A stretch of 64,000 nucleotides of DNA from Eledone cirrhosa (GCA_964016885.1 OZ024742.1:255006001-255070000); one strand, 5' to 3'. Numbered from the stretch's first letter, positions 1 to 15,000 are shown. Translations and numbers: made by a program. The notes: generated by a model not told the origin, from the sequence alone.

Positions 1-3000
1 CTTCTAGTCAAATGGCCGATTCTAAAGAATCAATCACGTGACATAGAGGCTAGTTAGAAGGAATGGGATGGTAAGATGACTGACGCCTACTAACACCCCA
101 AAAAAAAATTTAGAAGTGGTTTTGGCAGGTTTGCTCGACAAATCAGTGATTTGGAGATAAATATAGATAATTTAATATATCAACTAACATAGGCGCACAG
201 ATGCACGTCCATGCCAGCAAATACACAGGTTATGTCATAGTACCTAGGTGGTTCAATGCAGGAGGGTGCAGAACAATAATATAAAAGACGTAAAATAAGA
301 AAATATTTTAAAAAAAATTTAAAAAATTTTTTTTACTTACTTACTTAAATTTTCACTCCAACTAATTAGTTTCTGCAATGGGATAAAGACAGTTACATAA
401 TCCAACTGTCGAGAATTCATTGCGTCATCAGGGAGTCTATTCTCAGCTGAGTCTCCAGGCAATGCGCGGACACTGGCGGCTCATATAAAAATAATAATAA
501 TTCGGTAGAAAGAACAGCTGGCGAGGACTGGATTCTATGTACTGAAATTCTCACTGCTTCTAGTCAAATGGCCGATTCTAAAGAATCAATCACGTGACAT
601 AGAGGCTAGTTAGAAGGAATGGGATGGTAAGATGACTGACGCCTACTAACACCCCAAAAAAAAATTTAGAAGTGGTTTTGGCAGGTTTGCTCGACAAATC
701 AGTGATTTGGAGATAAATATAGATAATTTAATATATCAACTAACATAGGCGCACAGATGCACGTCCATGCCAGCAAATACACAGGTTATGTCATAGTACC
801 TAGGTGGTTCAATGCAGGAGGGTGCAGAACAATAATATAAAAGACGTAAAATAAGAAAATATTTTTTAAAAAATTTTTAAAATTTTTTTTACTTACTTAC
901 TTAAATTTTCACTCCAACTAATTAGTTTCTGCAATGGGATAAAGACAGTTACATAATCCAACTGTCGAGAATTCATTGCGTCATCAGGGAGTCTATTCTC
1001 AGCTGAGTCTCCAGGCAATGCGCGGACACTGGCGGCTCATATAAAAATAATAATAATTCGGTAGAAAGAACAGCTGGCGAGGACTGGATTCTATGTACTG
1101 AAATTCTCACTGCTTCTAGTCAAATGGCCGATTCTAAAGAATCAATCACGTGACATAGAGGCTAGTTAGAAGGAATGGGATGGTAAGATGACTGACGCCT
1201 ACTAACACCCCAAAAAAAATTTAGAAGTGGTTTTGGCAGGTTTGCTCGACAAATCAGTGATTTGGAGATAAATATAGATAATTTAATATATCAACTAACA
1301 TAGGCGCACAGATGCACGTCCATGCCAGCAAATACACAGGTTATGTCATAGTACCTAGGTGGTTCAATGCAGGAGGGTGCAGAACAATAATATAAAAGAC
1401 GTAAAATAAGAAAATATTTTTTAAAGAATTTTAAAAAAATTTTTTACTTACTTACTTAAATTTTCACTCCAACTAATTAGTTTCTGCAATGGGATAAAGA
1501 CAGTTAAATAATCCAACTGTCGAGAATTCATTGTGTCATCAGGGAGTCTATTCTCAGCTGAGTCTCCAGGCAATGCGCGGACACTGGCGGCTCATATGAA
1601 AATAATAATAATTTGGTAGAAAGAACAGCTGGCGAGGACTGGATTCTATGTACTGAAATTCTCAATGCTTCTAGTCAAATGGCCGATTCTAAAGAATCAA
1701 TCACGTGACATAGAGGCTAGTTAGAAGGAATGGGATGGTAAGATAACTGACGCCTACTAACACCCCAAAAAAAAATTTAGAAGTGGTTTTGGCAGGTTTG
1801 CTCGACAAATCAGTGATTTGGAGATAAATATAGATAATTTAATATATCAACTAACATAGGCGCACAGATGCACGTCCATGCCAGCAAATACACAGGTTAT
1901 GTCATAGTACCTAGGTGGTTCAATGCAGGAGGGTGCAGAACAATAATATAAAAGACGTAAAATAAGAAAATATTTTTTAAAATATTTTAAAAAAATTTTT
2001 TACTTACTTACTTAAATTTTCACTCCAACTAATTAGTTTCTGCAATGGGATAAAGACAGTTACATAATCCAACTGTCGAGAATTCATTGCGTCATCAGGG
2101 AGTCTATTCTCAGCTGAGTCTCCAGGCAATGCGCGGACACTGGCGGCTCATATAAAAATAATAATAATTCGGTAGAAAGAACAGCTGGCGAGGACTGGAT
2201 TCTATGTACTGAAATTCTCACTGCTTCTAGTCAAATGGCCGATTCTAAAGAATCAATCACGTGACATAGAGGCTAGTTAGAAGGAATGGGATGGTAAGAT
2301 GACTGACGCCTACTAACACCCCAAAAAAAAATTTAGAAGTGGTTTTGGCAGGTTTGCTCGACAAATCAGTGATTTGGAGATAAATATAGATAATTTAATA
2401 TATCAACTAACATATGCGTACAGATGCACGTCCATGCCAGCAAATACACAGGTTATGTCATAGTACCTAGGTGGTTCAATGCAGGAGGGTGCAGAACAAT
2501 AATATAAAAGACGTAAAATAAGAAAATATTTTTTAAAAAATGTTTAAAAACTTTTTTACTTACTTACTTAAATTTTCACTCCAACTAATTAGTTTCTGCA
2601 ATGGGATAAAGACAGTTACATAATCCAACTGTCGAGAATTCATTGCGTCATCAGGGAGTCTATTCTCAGCTGAGTCTCCAGGCAATGCGCGGACACTGGC
2701 GGCTCATATAAAAATAATAATAATTCGGTAGAAAGAACAGCTGGCGAGGACTGGATTCTATGTACTGAAATTCTCACTGCTTCTAGTCAAATGGCCGATT
2801 CTAAAGAATCAATCACGTGACATAGAGGCTAGTTAGAAGGAATGGGATGGTAAGATGACTGACGCCTACTAACACCCCAAAAAAAAATTTAGAAGTGGTT
2901 TTGGCAGGTTTGCTCGACAAATCAGTGATTTGGAGATAAATATAGATAATTTAATATATCAACTAACATAGGCGCACAGATGCACGTCCATGCCAGCAAA

Positions 3001-6000
3001 TACACAGGTTATGTCATAGTACCTAGGTGGTTCAATGCAGGAGGGTGCAGAACAATAATATAAAAGACGTAAAATAAGAAAATATTTTAAAAAAAATTTT
3101 AAAAATTTTTTTTACTTACTTACTTAAATTTTCACTCCAACTAATTAGTTTCTGCAATGGGATAAAGACAGTTACATAATCCAACTGTCGAGAATTCATT
3201 GCGTCATCAGGGAGTCTATTCTCAGCTGAGTCTCCAGGCAATGCGCGAACACTGGCGGCTCATATAAAAATAATAATAATTCGGTAGAAAGAACAGCTGG
3301 CGAGGACTGGATTCTATGTACTGAAATTCTCACTGCTTCTAGTCAAATGGCCGATTCTAAAGAATCAATCACGTGACATAGAGGCTAGTTAGAAGGAATG
3401 GGATGGTAAGATGACTGACGCCTACTAACACCCCAAAAAAAAATTTAGAAGTGGTTTTGGCAGGTTTGTTCGACAAATCAGTGATTTGGAGATAAATATA
3501 GATAATTTAATATATCAACTAACATATGCGTACAGATGCACGTCCATGCCAGCAAATACACAGGTTATGTCATAGTACCTAGGTGGTTCAATGCAGGAGG
3601 GTGCAGAACAATAATATAAAAGACGTAAAATAAGAAAATATTTTTTAAAAAATGTTTAAAAACTTTTTTACTTACTTACTTAAATTTTCACTCCAACTAA
3701 TTAGTTTCTGCAATGGGATAAAGACAGTTACATAATCCAACTGTCGAGAATTCATTGCGTCATCAGGGAGTCTATTCTCAGCTGAGTCTCCAGGCAATGC
3801 GCGGACACTGGCGGCTCATATAAAAATAATAATAATTCGGTAGAAAGAACAGCTGGCGAGGACTGGATTCTATGTACTGAAATTCTCACTGCTTCTAGTC
3901 AAATGGCCGATTCTAAAGAATCAATCACGTGACATAGAGGCTAGTTAGAAGGAATGGGATGGTAAGATGACTGACGCCTACTAACACCCCAAAAAAAAAT
4001 TTAGAAGTGGTTTTGGCAGGTTTGCTCGACAAATCAGTGATTTGGAGATAAATATAGATAATTTAATATATCAACTAACATATGCGTACAGATGCACGTC
4101 CATGCCAGCAAATACACAGGTTATGTCATAGTACCTAGGTGGTTCAATGCAGGAGGGTGCAGAACAATAATATAAAAGACGTAAAATAAGAAAATATTTT
4201 TTAAAAAATGTTTAAAAACTTTTTTACTTACTTACTTAAATTTTCACTCCAACTAATTAGTTTCTGCAATGGGATAAAGACAGTTACATAATCCAACTGT
4301 CGAGAATTCATTGCGTCATCAGGGAGTCTATTCTCAGCTGAGTCTCCAGGCAATGCGCGGACACTGGCGGCTCATATAAAAATAATAATAATTCGGTAGA
4401 AAGAACAGCTGGCGAGGACTGGATTCTATGTACTGAAATTCTCACTGCTTCTAGTCAAATGGCCGATTCTAAAGAATCAATCACGTGACATAGAGGCTAG
4501 TTAGAAGGAATGGGATGGTAAGATGACTGACGCCTACTAACACCCCAAAAAAAAATTTAGAAGTGGTTTTGGCAGGTTTGCTCGACAAATCAGTGATTTG
4601 GAGATAAATATAGATAATTTAATATATCAACTAACATAGGCGCACAGATGCACGTCCATGCCAGCAAATACACAGGTTATGTCATAGTACCTAGGTGGTT
4701 CAATGCAGGAGGGTGCAGAACAATAATATAAAAGACGTAAAATAAGAAAATATTTTAAAAAAAATTTTAAAAATTTTTTTTACTTACTTACTTAAATTTT
4801 CACTCCAACTAATTAGTTTCTGCAATGGGATAAAGACAGTTACATAATCCAACTGTCGAGAATTCATTGCGTCATCAGGGAGTCTATTCTCAGCTGAGTC
4901 TCCAGGCAATGCGCGGACACTGGCGGCTCATATAAAAATAATAATAATTCGGTAGAAAGAACAGCTGGCGAGGACTGGATTCTATGTACTGAAATTCTCA
5001 CTGCTTCTAGTCAAATGGCCGATTCTAAAGAATCAATCACGTGACATAGAGGCTAGTTAGAAGGAATGGGATGGTAAGATGACTGACGCCTACTAACACC
5101 CCAAAAAAAAATTTAGAAGTGGTTTTGGCAGGTTTGCTCGACAAATCAGTGATTTGGAGATAAATATAGATAATTTAATATATCAACTAACATAGGCGCA
5201 CAGATGCACGTCCATGCCAGCAAATACACAGGTTATGTCATAGTACCTAGGTGGTTCAATGCAGGAGGGTGCAGAACAATAATATAAAAGACGTAAAATA
5301 AGAAAATATTTTTTAAAAAATTTTTAAAATTTTTTTTACTTACTTACTTAAATTTTCACTCCAACTAATTAGTTTCTGCAATGGGATAAAGACAGTTACA
5401 TAATCCAACTGTCGAGAATTCATTGCGTCATCAGGGAGTCTATTCTCAGCTGAGTCTCCAGGCAATGCGCGGACACTGGCGGCTCATATAAAAATAATAA
5501 TAATTCGGTAGAAAGAACAGCTGGCGAGGACTGGATTCTATGTACTGAAATTCTCACTGCTTCTAGTCAAATGGCCGATTCTAAAGAATCAATCACGTGA
5601 CATAGAGGCTAGTTAGAAGGAATGGGATGGTAAGATGACTGACGCCTACTAACACCCCAAAAAAAATTTAGAAGTGGTTTTGGCAGGTTTGCTCGACAAA
5701 TCAGTGATTTGGAGATAAATATAGATAATTTAATATATCAACTAACATAGGCGCACAGATGCACGTCCATGCCAGCAAATACACAGGTTATGTCATAGTA
5801 CCTAGGTGGTTCAATGCAGGAGGGTGCAGAACAATAATATAAAAGACGTAAAATAAGAAAATATTTTTTAAAGAATTTTAAAAAAATTTTTTACTTACTT
5901 ACTTAAATTTTCACTCCAACTAATTAGTTTCTGCAATGGGATAAAGACAGTTAAATAATCCAACTGTCGAGAATTCATTGTGTCATCAGGGAGTCTATTC

Positions 6001-9000
6001 TCAGCTGAGTCTCCAGGCAATGCGCGGACACTGGCGGCTCATATGAAAATAATAATAATTTGGTAGAAAGAACAGCTGGCGAGGACTGGATTCTATGTAC
6101 TGAAATTCTCACTGCTTCTAGTCAAATGGCCGATTCTAAAGAATCAATCACGTGACATAGAGGCTAGTTAGAAGGAATGGGATGGTAAGATAACTGACGC
6201 CTACTAACACCCCAAAAAAAAATTTAGAAGTGGTTTTGGCAGGTTTGCTCGACAAATCAGTGATTTGGAGATAAATATAGATAATTTAATATATCAACTA
6301 ACATAGGCGCACAGATGCACGTCCATGCCAGCAAATACACAGGTTATGTCATAGTACCTAGGTGGTTCAATGCAGGAGGGTGCAGAACAATAATATAAAA
6401 GACGTAAAATAAGAAAATATTTTTTAAAATATTTTAAAAAAATTTTTTACTTACTTACTTAAATTTTCACTCCAACTAATTAGTTTCTGCAATGGGATAA
6501 AGACAGTTACATAATCCAACTGTCGAGAATTCATTGCGTCATCAGGGAGTCTATTCTCAGCTGAGTCTCCAGGCAATGCGCGGACACTGGCGGCTCATAT
6601 AAAAATAATAATAATTCGGTAGAAAGAACAGCTGGCGAGGACTGGATTCTATGTACTGAAATTCTCACTGCTTCTAGTCAAATGGCCGATTCTAAAGAAT
6701 CAATCACGTGACATAGAGGCTAGTTAGAAGGAATGGGATGGTAAGATGACTGACGCCTACTAACACCCCAAAAAAAATTTAGAAGTGGTTTTGGCAGGTT
6801 TGCTCGACAAATCAGTGATTTGGAGATAAATATAGATAATTTAATATATCAACTAACATAGGCGTACAGATGCACGTCCATGCCAGCAAATACACAGGTT
6901 ATGTCATAGTACCTAGGTGGTTCAATGCAGGAGGGTGCAGAACAATAATATAAAAGACGTAAAATAAGAAAATATTTTTTAAAAAATGTTTAAAAACTTT
7001 TTTACTTACTTACTTAAATTTTCACTCCAACTAATTAGTTTCTGCAATGGGATAAAGACAGTTACATAATCCAACTGTCGAGAATTCATTGCGTCATCAG
7101 GGAGTCTATTCTCAGCTGAGTCTCCAGGCAATGCGCGGACACTGGCGGCTCATATAAAAATAATAATAATTCGGTAGAAAGAACAGCTGGCGAGGACTGG
7201 ATTCTATGTACTGAAATTCTCACTGCTTCTAGTCAAATGGTCGATTCTAAAGAATCAATCACGTGACATAGAGGCTAGTTAGAAGGAATGGGATGGTAAG
7301 ATGACTGACGCCTACTAACACCCCAAAAAAAAATTTAGAAGTGGTTTTGGCAGGTTTGCTCGACAAATCAGTGATTTGGAGATAAATATAGATAATTTAA
7401 TATATCAACTAACATAGGCGCACAGATGCACGTCCATGCCAGCAAATACACAGGTTATGTCATAGTACCTAGGTGGTTCAATGCAGGAGGGTGCAGAACA
7501 ATAATATAAAAGACGTAAAATAAGAAAATATTTTAAAAAAAATTTAAAAAATTTTTTTTACTTACTTACTTAAATTTTCACTCCAACTAATTAGTTTCTG
7601 CAATGGGATAAAGACAGTTACATAATCCAACTGTCGAGAATTCATTGCGTCATCAGGGAGTCTATTCTCAGCTGAGTCTCCAGGCAATGCGCGGACACTG
7701 GCGGCTCATATAAAAATAATAATAATTCGGTAGAAAGAACAGCTGGCGAGGACTGGATTCTATGTACTGAAATTCTCACTGCTTCTAGTCAAATGGCCGA
7801 TTCTAAAGAATCAATCACGTGACATAGAGGCTAGTTAGAAGGAATGGGATGGTAAGATGACTGACGCCTACTAACACCCCAAAAAAAAATTTAGAAGTGG
7901 TTTTGGCAGGTTTGCTCGACAAATCAGTGATTTGGAGATAAATATAGATAATTTAATATATCAACTAACATATGCGTACAGATGCACGTCCATGCCAGCA
8001 AATACACAGGTTATGTCATAGTACCTAGGTGGTTCAATGCAGGAGGGTGCAGAACAATAATATAAAAGACGTAAAATAAGAAAATATTTTTTAAAAAATG
8101 TTTAAAAACTTTTTTACTTACTTACTTAAATTTTCACTCCAACTAATTAGTTTCTGCAATGGGATAAAGACAGTTACATAATCCAACTGTCGAGAATTCA
8201 TTGCGTCATCAGGGAGTCTATTCTCAGCTGAGTCTCCAGGCAATGCGCGGACACTGGCGGCTCATATAAAAATAATAATAATTCGGTAGAAAGAACAGCT
8301 GGCGAGGACTGGATTCTATGTACTGAAATTCTCACTGCTTCTAGTCAAATGGCCGATTCTAAAGAATCAATCACGTGACATAGAGGCTAGTTAGAAGGAA
8401 TGGGATGGTAAGATGACTGACGCCTACTAACACCCCAAAAAAAAATTTAGAAGTGGTTTTGGCAGGTTTGCTCGACAAATCAGTGATTTGGAGATAAATA
8501 TAGATAATTTAATATATCAACTAACATAGGCGCACAGATGCACGTCCATGCCAGCAAATACACAGGTTATGTCATAGTACCTAGGTGGTTCAATGCAGGA
8601 GGGTGCAGAACAATAATATAAAAGACGTAAAATAAGAAAATATTTTAAAAAAAATTTTAAAAATTTTTTTTACTTACTTACTTAAATTTTCACTCCAACT
8701 AATTAGTTTCTGCAATGGGATAAAGACAGTTACATAATCCAACTGTCGAGAATTCATTGCGTCATCAGGGAGTCTATTCTCAGCTGAGTCTCCAGGCAAT
8801 GCGCGGACACTGGCGGCTCATATAAAAATAATAATAATTCGGTAGAAAGAACAGCTGGCGAGGACTGGATTCTATGTACTGAAATTCTCACTGCTTCTAG
8901 TCAAATGGCCGATTCTAAAGAATCAATCACGTGACATAGAGGCTAGTTAGAAGGAATGGGATGGTAAGATGACTGACGCCTACTAACACCCCAAAAAAAA

Positions 9001-12000
9001 ATTTAGAAGTGGTTTTGGCAGGTTTGCTCGACAAATCAGTGATTTGGAGATAAATATAGATAATTTAATATATCAACTAACATAGGCGCACAGATGCACG
9101 TCCATGCCAGCAAATACACAGGTTATGTCATAGTACCTAGGTGGTTCAATGCAGGAGGGTGCAGAACAATAATATAAAAGACGTAAAATAAGAAAATATT
9201 TTTTAAAAAATTTTTAAAATTTTTTTTACTTACTTACTTAAATTTTCACTCCAACTAATTAGTTTCTGCAATGGGATAAAGACAGTTACATAATCCAACT
9301 GTCGAGAATTCATTGCGTCATCAGGGAGTCTATTCTCAGCTGAGTCTCCAGGCAATGCGCGGACACTGGCGGCTCATATAAAAATAATAATAATTCGGTA
9401 GAAAGAACAGCTGGCGAGGACTGGATTCTATGTACTGAAATTCTCACTGCTTCTAGTCAAATGGCCGATTCTAAAGAATCAATCACGTGACATAGAGGCT
9501 AGTTAGAAGGAATGGGATGGTAAGATGACTGACGCCTACTAACACCCCAAAAAAAATTTAGAAGTGGTTTTGGCAGGTTTGCTCGACAAATCAGTGATTT
9601 GGAGATAAATATAGATAATTTAATATATCAACTAACATAGGCGCACAGATGCACGTCCATGCCAGCAAATACACAGGTTATGTCATAGTACCTAGGTGGT
9701 TCAATGCAGGAGGGTGCAGAACAATAATATAAAAGACGTAAAATAAGAAAATATTTTTTAAAGAATTTTAAAAAAATTTTTTACTTACTTACTTAAATTT
9801 TCACTCCAACTAATTAGTTTCTGCAATGGGATAAAGACAGTTAAATAATCCAACTGTCGAGAATTCATTGTGTCATCAGGGAGTCTATTCTCAGCTGAGT
9901 CTCCAGGCAATGCGCGGACACTGGCGGCTCATATGAAAATAATAATAATTTGGTAGAAAGAACAGCTGGCGAGGACTGGATTCTATGTACTGAAATTCTC
10001 ACTGCTTCTAGTCAAATGGCCGATTCTAAAGAATCAATCACGTGACATAGAGGCTAGTTAGAAGGAATGGGATGGTAAGATAACTGACGCCTACTAACAC
10101 CCCAAAAAAAAATTTAGAAGTGGTTTTGGCAGGTTTGCTCGACAAATCAGTGATTTGGAGATAAATATAGATAATTTAATATATCAACTAACATAGGCGC
10201 ACAGATGCACGTCCATGCCAGCAAATACACAGGTTATGTCATAGTACCTAGGTGGTTCAATGCAGGAGGGTGCAGAACAATAATATAAAAGACGTAAAAT
10301 AAGAAAATATTTTTTAAAATATTTTAAAAAAATTTTTTACTTACTTACTTAAATTTTCACTCCAACTAATTAGTTTCTGCAATGGGATAAAGACAGTTAC
10401 ATAATCCAACTGTCGAGAATTCATTGCGTCATCAGGGAGTCTATTCTCAGCTGAGTCTCCAGGCAATGCGCGGACACTGGCGGCTCATATAAAAATAATA
10501 ATAATTCGGTAGAAAGAACAGCTGGCGAGGACTGGATTCTATGTACTGAAATTCTCACTGCTTCTAGTCAAATGGCCGATTCTAAAGAATCAATCACGTG
10601 ACATAGAGGCTAGTTAGAAGGAATGGGATGGTAAGATGACTGACGCCTACTAACACCCCAAAAAAAATTTAGAAGTGGTTTTGGCAGGTTTGCTCGACAA
10701 ATCAGTGATTTGGAGATAAATATAGATAATTTAATATATCAACTAACATAGGCGTACAGATGCACGTCCATGCCAGCAAATACACAGGTTATGTCATAGT
10801 ACCTAGGTGGTTCAATGCAGGAGGGTGCAGAACAATAATATAAAAGACGTAAAATAAGAAAATATTTTTTAAAAAATGTTTAAAAACTTTTTTACTTACT
10901 TACTTAAATTTTCACTCCAACTAATTAGTTTCTGCAATGGGATAAAGACAGTTACATAATCCAACTGTCGAGAATTCATTGCGTCATCAGGGAGTCTATT
11001 CTCAGCTGAGTCTCCAGGCAATGCGCGGACACTGGCGGCTCATATAAAAATAATAATAATTCGGTAGAAAGAACAGCTGGCGAGGACTGGATTCTATGTA
11101 CTGAAATTCTCACTGCTTCTAGTCAAATGGTCGATTCTAAAGAATCAATCACGTGACATAGAGGCTAGTTAGAAGGAATGGGATGGTAAGATGACTGACG
11201 TCTACTAACACCCCAAAAAAAAATTTAGAAGTGGTTTTGGCAGGTTTGCTCGACAAATCAGTGATTTGGAGATAAATATAGATAATTTAATATATCAACT
11301 AACATAGGCGCACAGATGCACGTCCATGCCAGCAAATACACAGGTTATGTCATAGTACCTAGGTGGTTCAATGCAGGAGGGTGCAGAACAATAATATAAA
11401 AGACGTAAAATAAGAAAATATTTTTAAAAAAATTTAAAAAATTTTTTTTACTTACTTACTTAAATTTTCACTCCAACTAATTAGTTTCTGCAATGGGATA
11501 AAGACAGTTACATAATCCAACTGTCGAGAATTCATTGCGTCATCAGGGAGTCTATTCTCAGCTGAGTCTCCAGGCAATGCGCGGACACTGGCGGCTCATA
11601 TAAAAATAATAATAATTCGGTAGAAAGAACAGCTGGCGAGGACTGGATTCTATGTACTGAAATTCTCACTGCTTCTAGTCAAATGGCCGATTCTAAAGAA
11701 TCAATCACGTGACATAGAGGCTAGTTAGAAGGAATGGGATGGTAAGATGACTGACGCCTACTAACACCCCAAAAAAAAATTTAGAAGTGGTTTTGGCAGG
11801 TTTGCTCGACAAATCAGTGATTTGGAGATAAATATAGATAATTTAATATATCAACTAACATAGGCGCACAGATGCACGTCCATGCACGCAAATACACAGG
11901 TTATGTCATAGTACCTAGGTGGTTCAATGCAGGAGGGTGCAGAACAATAATATAAAAGACGTAAAATAAGAAAATATTTTTTAAAAAATTTTTAAAATTT

Positions 12001-15000
12001 TTTTTACTTACTTACTTAAATTTTCACTCCAACTAATTAGTTTCTGCAATGGGATAAAGACAGTTACATAATCCAACTGTCGAGAATTCATTGCGTCATC
12101 AGGGAGTCTATTCTCAGCTGAGTCTCCAGGCAATGCGCGGACACTGGCGGCTCATATAAAAATAATAATAATTCGGTAGAAAGAACAGCTGGCGAGGACT
12201 GGATTCTATGTACTGAAATTCTCACTGCTTCTAGTCAAATGGCCGATTCTAAAGAATCAATCACGTGACATAGAGGCTAGTTAGAAGGAATGGGATGGTA
12301 AGATGACTGACGCCTACTAACACCCCCAAAAAAATTTAGAAGTGGTTTTGGCAGGTTTGCTCGACAAATCAGTGATTTGGAGATAAATATAGATAATTTA
12401 ATATATCAACTAACATAGGCGCACAGATGCACGTCCATGCCAGCAAATACACAGGTTATGTCATAGTACCTAGGTGGTTCAATGCAGGAGGGTGCAGAAC
12501 AATAATATAAAAGACGTAAAATAAGAAAATATTTTTTAAAGAATTTTTAAAAAATTTTTTACTTACTTACTTAAATTTTCACTCCAACTAATTAGTTTCT
12601 GCAATGGGATAAAGACAGTTACATAATCCAACTGTCGAGAATTCATTGTGTCATCAGGGAGTCTATTCTCAGCTGAGTCTCCAGGCAATGCGCGGACACT
12701 GGCGGCTCATATAAAAATAATAATAATTTGGTAGAAAGAACAGCTGGCGAGGACTGGATTCTATGTACTGAAATTCTCACTGCTTCTAGTCAAATGGCCG
12801 ATTCTAAAGAATCAATCACGTGACATAGAGGCTAGTTAGAAGGAATGGGATGGTAAGATGACTGACGCCTACTAACACCCCAAAAAAAAATTTAGAAGTG
12901 GTTTTGGCAGGTTTGCTCGACAAATCAGTGATTTGGAGATAAATATAGATAATTTAATATATCAACTAACATAGGCGCACAGATGCACGTCCATGCCAGC
13001 AAATACACAGGTTATGTCATAGTACCTAGGTGGTTCAATGCAGGAGGGTGCAGAACAATAATATAAAAGACGTAAAATAAGAAAATATTTTTTAAAATAT
13101 TTTTAAAAAATTTTTTACTTACTTACTTAAATTTTCACTCCAACTAATTAGTTTCTGCAATGGGATAAAGACAGTTACATAATCCAACTGTCGAGAATTC
13201 ATTGCGTCATCAGGGAGTCTATTCTCAGCTGAGTCTCCAGGCAATGCGCGGACACTGGCGGCTCATATAAAAATAATAATAATTCGGTAGAAAGAACAGC
13301 TGGCGAGGACTGGATTCTATGTACTGAAATTCTCACTGCTTCTAGTCAAATGGCCGATTCTAAAGAATCAATCACGTGACATAGAGGCTAGTTAGAAGGA
13401 ATGGGATGGTAAGATGACTGACGCCTACTAACACCCCAAAAAAAAATTTAGAAGTGGTTTTGGCAGGTTTGCTCGACAAATCAGTGATTTGGAGATAAAT
13501 ATAGATAATTTAATATATCAACTAACATAGGCGTACAGATGCACGTCCATGCCAGCAAATACACAGGTTATGTCATAGTACCTAGGTGGTTCAATGCAGG
13601 AGGGTGCAGAACAATAATATAAAAGACGTAAAATAAGAAAATATTTTTTAAAAAATGTTTAAAAACTTTTTTACTTACTTACTTAAATTTTCACTCCAAC
13701 TAATTAGTTTCTGCAATGGGATAAAGACAGTTACATAATCCAACTGTCGAGAATTCATTGCGTCATCAGGGAGTCTATTCTCAGCTGAGTCTCCAGGCAA
13801 TGCGCGGACACTGGCGGCTCATATAAAAATAATAATAATTCGGTAGAAAGAACAGCTGGCGAGGACTGGATTCTATGTACTGAAATTCTCACTGCTTCTA
13901 GTCAAATGGCCGATTCTAAAGAATCAATCACGTGACATAGAGGCTAGTTAGAAGGAATGGGATGGTAAGATGACTGACGCCTACTAACACCCCAAAAAAA
14001 AATTTAGAAGTGGTTTTGGCAGGTTTGCTCGACAAATCAGTGATTTGGAGATAAATATAGATAATTTAATATATCAACTAACATAGGCGCACAGATGCAC
14101 GTCCATGCCAGCAAATACACAGGTTATGTCATAGTACCTAGGTGGTTCAATGCAGGAGGGTGCAGAACAATAATATAAAAGACGTAAAATAAGAAAATAT
14201 TTTTTTAAAAATTTTAAAAAAATTTTTTACTTACTTACTTAAATTTTCACTCCAACTAATTAGTTTCTGCAATGGGATAAAGACAGTTACATAATCCAAC
14301 TGTCGAGAATTCATTGCGTCATCAGGGAGTCTATTCTCAGCTGAGTCTCCAGGCAATGCGCGGACACTGGCGGCTCATATAAAAATAATAATAATTCGGT
14401 AGAAAGAACAGCTGGCGAGGACTGGATTCTATGTACTGAAATTCTCACTGCTTCTAGTCAAATGGCCGATTCTAAAGAATCAATCACGTGACATAGAGGC
14501 TAGTTAGAAGGAATGGGATGGTAAGATGACTGACGCCTACTAACACCCCAAAAAAAAATTTAGAAGTGGTTTTGGCAGGTTTGCTCGACAAATCAGTGAT
14601 TTGGAGATAAATATAGATAATTTAATATATCAACTAACATAGGCGCACAGATGCACGTCCATGCCAGCAAATACACAGGTTATGTCATAGTACCTAGGTG
14701 GTTCAATGCAGGAGGGTGCAGAACAATAATATAAAAGACGTAAAATAAGAAAATATTTTTTAAAGAATTTTTAAAAACTTTTTACTTACTTACTTAAATT
14801 TTCACTCCAACTAATTAGTTTCTGCAATGGGATAAAGACAGTTACATAATCCAACTGTCGAGAATTCATTGTGTCATCAGGGAGTCTATTCTCAGCTGAG
14901 TCTCCAGGCAATGCGCGGACACTGGCGGCTCATATAAAAATAATAATAATTTGGTAGAAAGAACAGCTGGCGAGGACTGGATTCTATGTACTGAAATTCT

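Noticed and set aside
33-42. ATCACGTGAC E-box / CDEI-like motif in each monomer
   Set aside because: A single short palindrome with no supporting evidence for promoter or centromere function.
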